From positions 74,526,001-74,590,000 of the forward strand of contig NC_086108.1 in the NCBI RefSeq assembly GCF_963921235.1: DNA of 64,000 bases. Direction: 5' to 3'. Made by a program: the position numbers and the translations under genes. Positions 62,385 to 64,000 of this stretch are shown here, piece after piece (positions within the stretch are counted from its first letter, which is position 1; every line of letters starts with the position of its first letter). The stretch is from Mobula hypostoma. Lineage: Eukaryota. The notes beneath the pieces were generated by a model. It saw nothing but the letters and a program-made list of their open reading frames with translations, did no database searches and was not told the DNA's origin.

Positions 62385-62830
62385 ATCCATAAGACCATAA
62401 CACATAGAGCAGAATTAGGCCATTTGGCCCATCAACTCTCTTCCACTATTTCATCAAGACTGATTTATTATCCCTCTCAATCCCATTCTGCTGTCTTTTC
62501 CCTGTAACTATGACATCCTTACTAATTAAGAATCTATCAACCTCTGCTTTAAAAATATCCAATCACTTGGCTTCTACTGCAGTCTGTGGCAATGAATTCC
62601 ACAGATTCACCACCCTCTGGCTAAAGAAATTCCTCCTTTCTTCTAATGGAAAGTCCTTGTATTCTGTGCCCTCTGGTCCTAGACTCCCTCACTATAGGAA
62701 ATATCCTTTCCATGTTCACTCTATCTAGGCCTTTCAGTTTTCAATGGGCTTCAATAAGATTTCCCCCTTTTTCTAAACTCTAGCAAATGCAGGGCCAGAG
62801 CCATCAAACGCTCCTCCTACATTAATCCAT
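62385..62830 (-). mobile_element. CR1 LINE 3' fragment
   Basis: Same 3' sequence type as the elements at 12260 and 37325 (CCATAAGACCATAA tail). Confidence 0.8.
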
Positions 62831-62984
62831 GGTATTTAGTTTTGCACACTTGCACTGTTAAGCTTGTTAGCTTTTCCAGGATAGGAGATACATAATTCGT
62901 TTTCCAAGTGAAGAAACCCTTACTATCACTCTCCCTTTTCAGGATAGTTTCTGGGAGTCAAATGATGAAAAGAAAAGCCAAATA

Positions 62985-63530
62985 AACATTATTTTTACTT
63001 TTATTAGTTCTCCTTCCCCCGAATGTTTTTTCATATTCTTTTCATTTTTTTAAAATTACAAACAAAAAACAAAAAAAAACAGCACTTCTACAAAAACCAT
63101 GACCTTAACAAAATCTGATTAAATACTGAGGAGCAAAAGAGAGAAAAATATAAAGGCAAAAGTAAACATACACAGCAGAGGTGCACTGCACCAAAAAACC
63201 TCAGGCCTCACCCCGTAAGAAAATCCAATACAGAGCTCCATACCATTTCAAAGATGTCCCCTCTGTCCTCATTACATAGTCTCAGTCTCTCCAAATGTAA
63301 AATATCTGCCAGTTCTCTCAGCCACAGATCGTACATAGGCACAGAGTCCATTTTCCACATTTGCAGGATTAACTTCTTAGCAATCACCATGCCAAACAAT
63401 ACAGCCGCTTTTTCATACTTATTGGCTGAAGATAGGGAGCTTGTTGCTCCACCCCAAATGTTTTTACTGAGTGACTGTACATTATGATGCAACAGATCCA
63501 AAAGCATGTACTGAAAAGTACAAAAACAGT
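62985..63530 (-). mobile_element. L1-clade LINE 3' end (ORF2 C-terminus + 3'UTR)
   Basis: AKKLILQMWKMDSVP..LWLREL..ILHLERL..FEMVWSSVLDFL* (stop at 63208), followed by a T-rich 3'UTR on the minus strand. Confidence 0.75.
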
Positions 63531-63845
63531 AATGACAGAAAAGCTTGAAAGCGCACACCATCAGGCTTAAGGACAGCTTCTGTTCTGCTGTTGTAAGACT
63601 AATGAATAATTCCTGGTACAATAAGATGGACTCTTGACCTCAGAATCTCTTTATGACCTTGCACCTTATTGTCTATCTGCACTGCACTTTTTCTTGTAAT
63701 TGTTACTCTATTCTTCACTCTGTTCTTATTTTACCTTGTACTACCTCAATGCACTGATGTAATTAATTAATCTGTATGAACAGTATGTAATGCAAAGTTT
63801 CACTGTAATTCAGTGTGTGACAATAATAAACCAATTTACCAGTAA
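63530..63845 (+). mobile_element. Rex/Babar LINE extreme 3' end
   Basis: TIRLKDSFCSAVVRLMN-like peptide; tail ACAATAATAAACCAATTTACCA. Confidence 0.7.
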
Positions 63846-64000
63846 GCCAATGTAAATGGGAGCCACCTTCAAAATGATGAATTTAGTAGTACTGGAGTGT
63901 CTGGGGTTTTCCCGGTATCAGTTTTACACGTAACAACCTTACAAGTCATACACTGCCCAATCAACATAAATTAGAGCTTATGTTTGCAACCTATGACCTC

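Noticed and set aside
56132..64000. Further PLPP3 exons
   Set aside because: No segment resembling PLPP3 exon 2 (GLPF..PY.RGFYC.DESIKYP) was recognised; intron 1 probably extends past the window.

Overview
Vertebrate genomic DNA, very repeat-rich. The repeat families suggest a cartilaginous fish, probably a ray; this is an inference. Two host genes lie on the + strand. The first is a complete 5-coding-exon typical 2-Cys peroxiredoxin, PRDX1-like (6015..34388, 199 aa, all GT-AG junctions), with a variant active-site loop (PLDFSYVC instead of PLDFTFVC). The second is the first coding exon of PLPP3/PPAP2B (56005..56131). Most of the rest is nested, mostly decayed transposable elements: L1, CR1, Rex/Babar, RTE, Penelope, V-SINE, Gypsy, a solo LTR, hAT, Tigger/pogo, mariner and Tc1. 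Most notable: (1) a 310-bp Tc1 element whose ends closely resemble the salmonid Sleeping Beauty IR/DR, a candidate horizontal transfer; (2) a TSD-flanked hAT element carrying two Gypsy LTRs in inverted orientation with a split 5-bp TSD, i.e. an internally inverted composite; (3) a 5'-intact, 3'-truncated L1 with a perfect 15-bp TSD; (4) the Ser/Tyr peroxiredoxin variant with an unexpected downstream neighbour. I see no evidence of a new multi-gene system. Repeat boundaries without TSDs are approximate, and family names come from motif recognition, not database searches.
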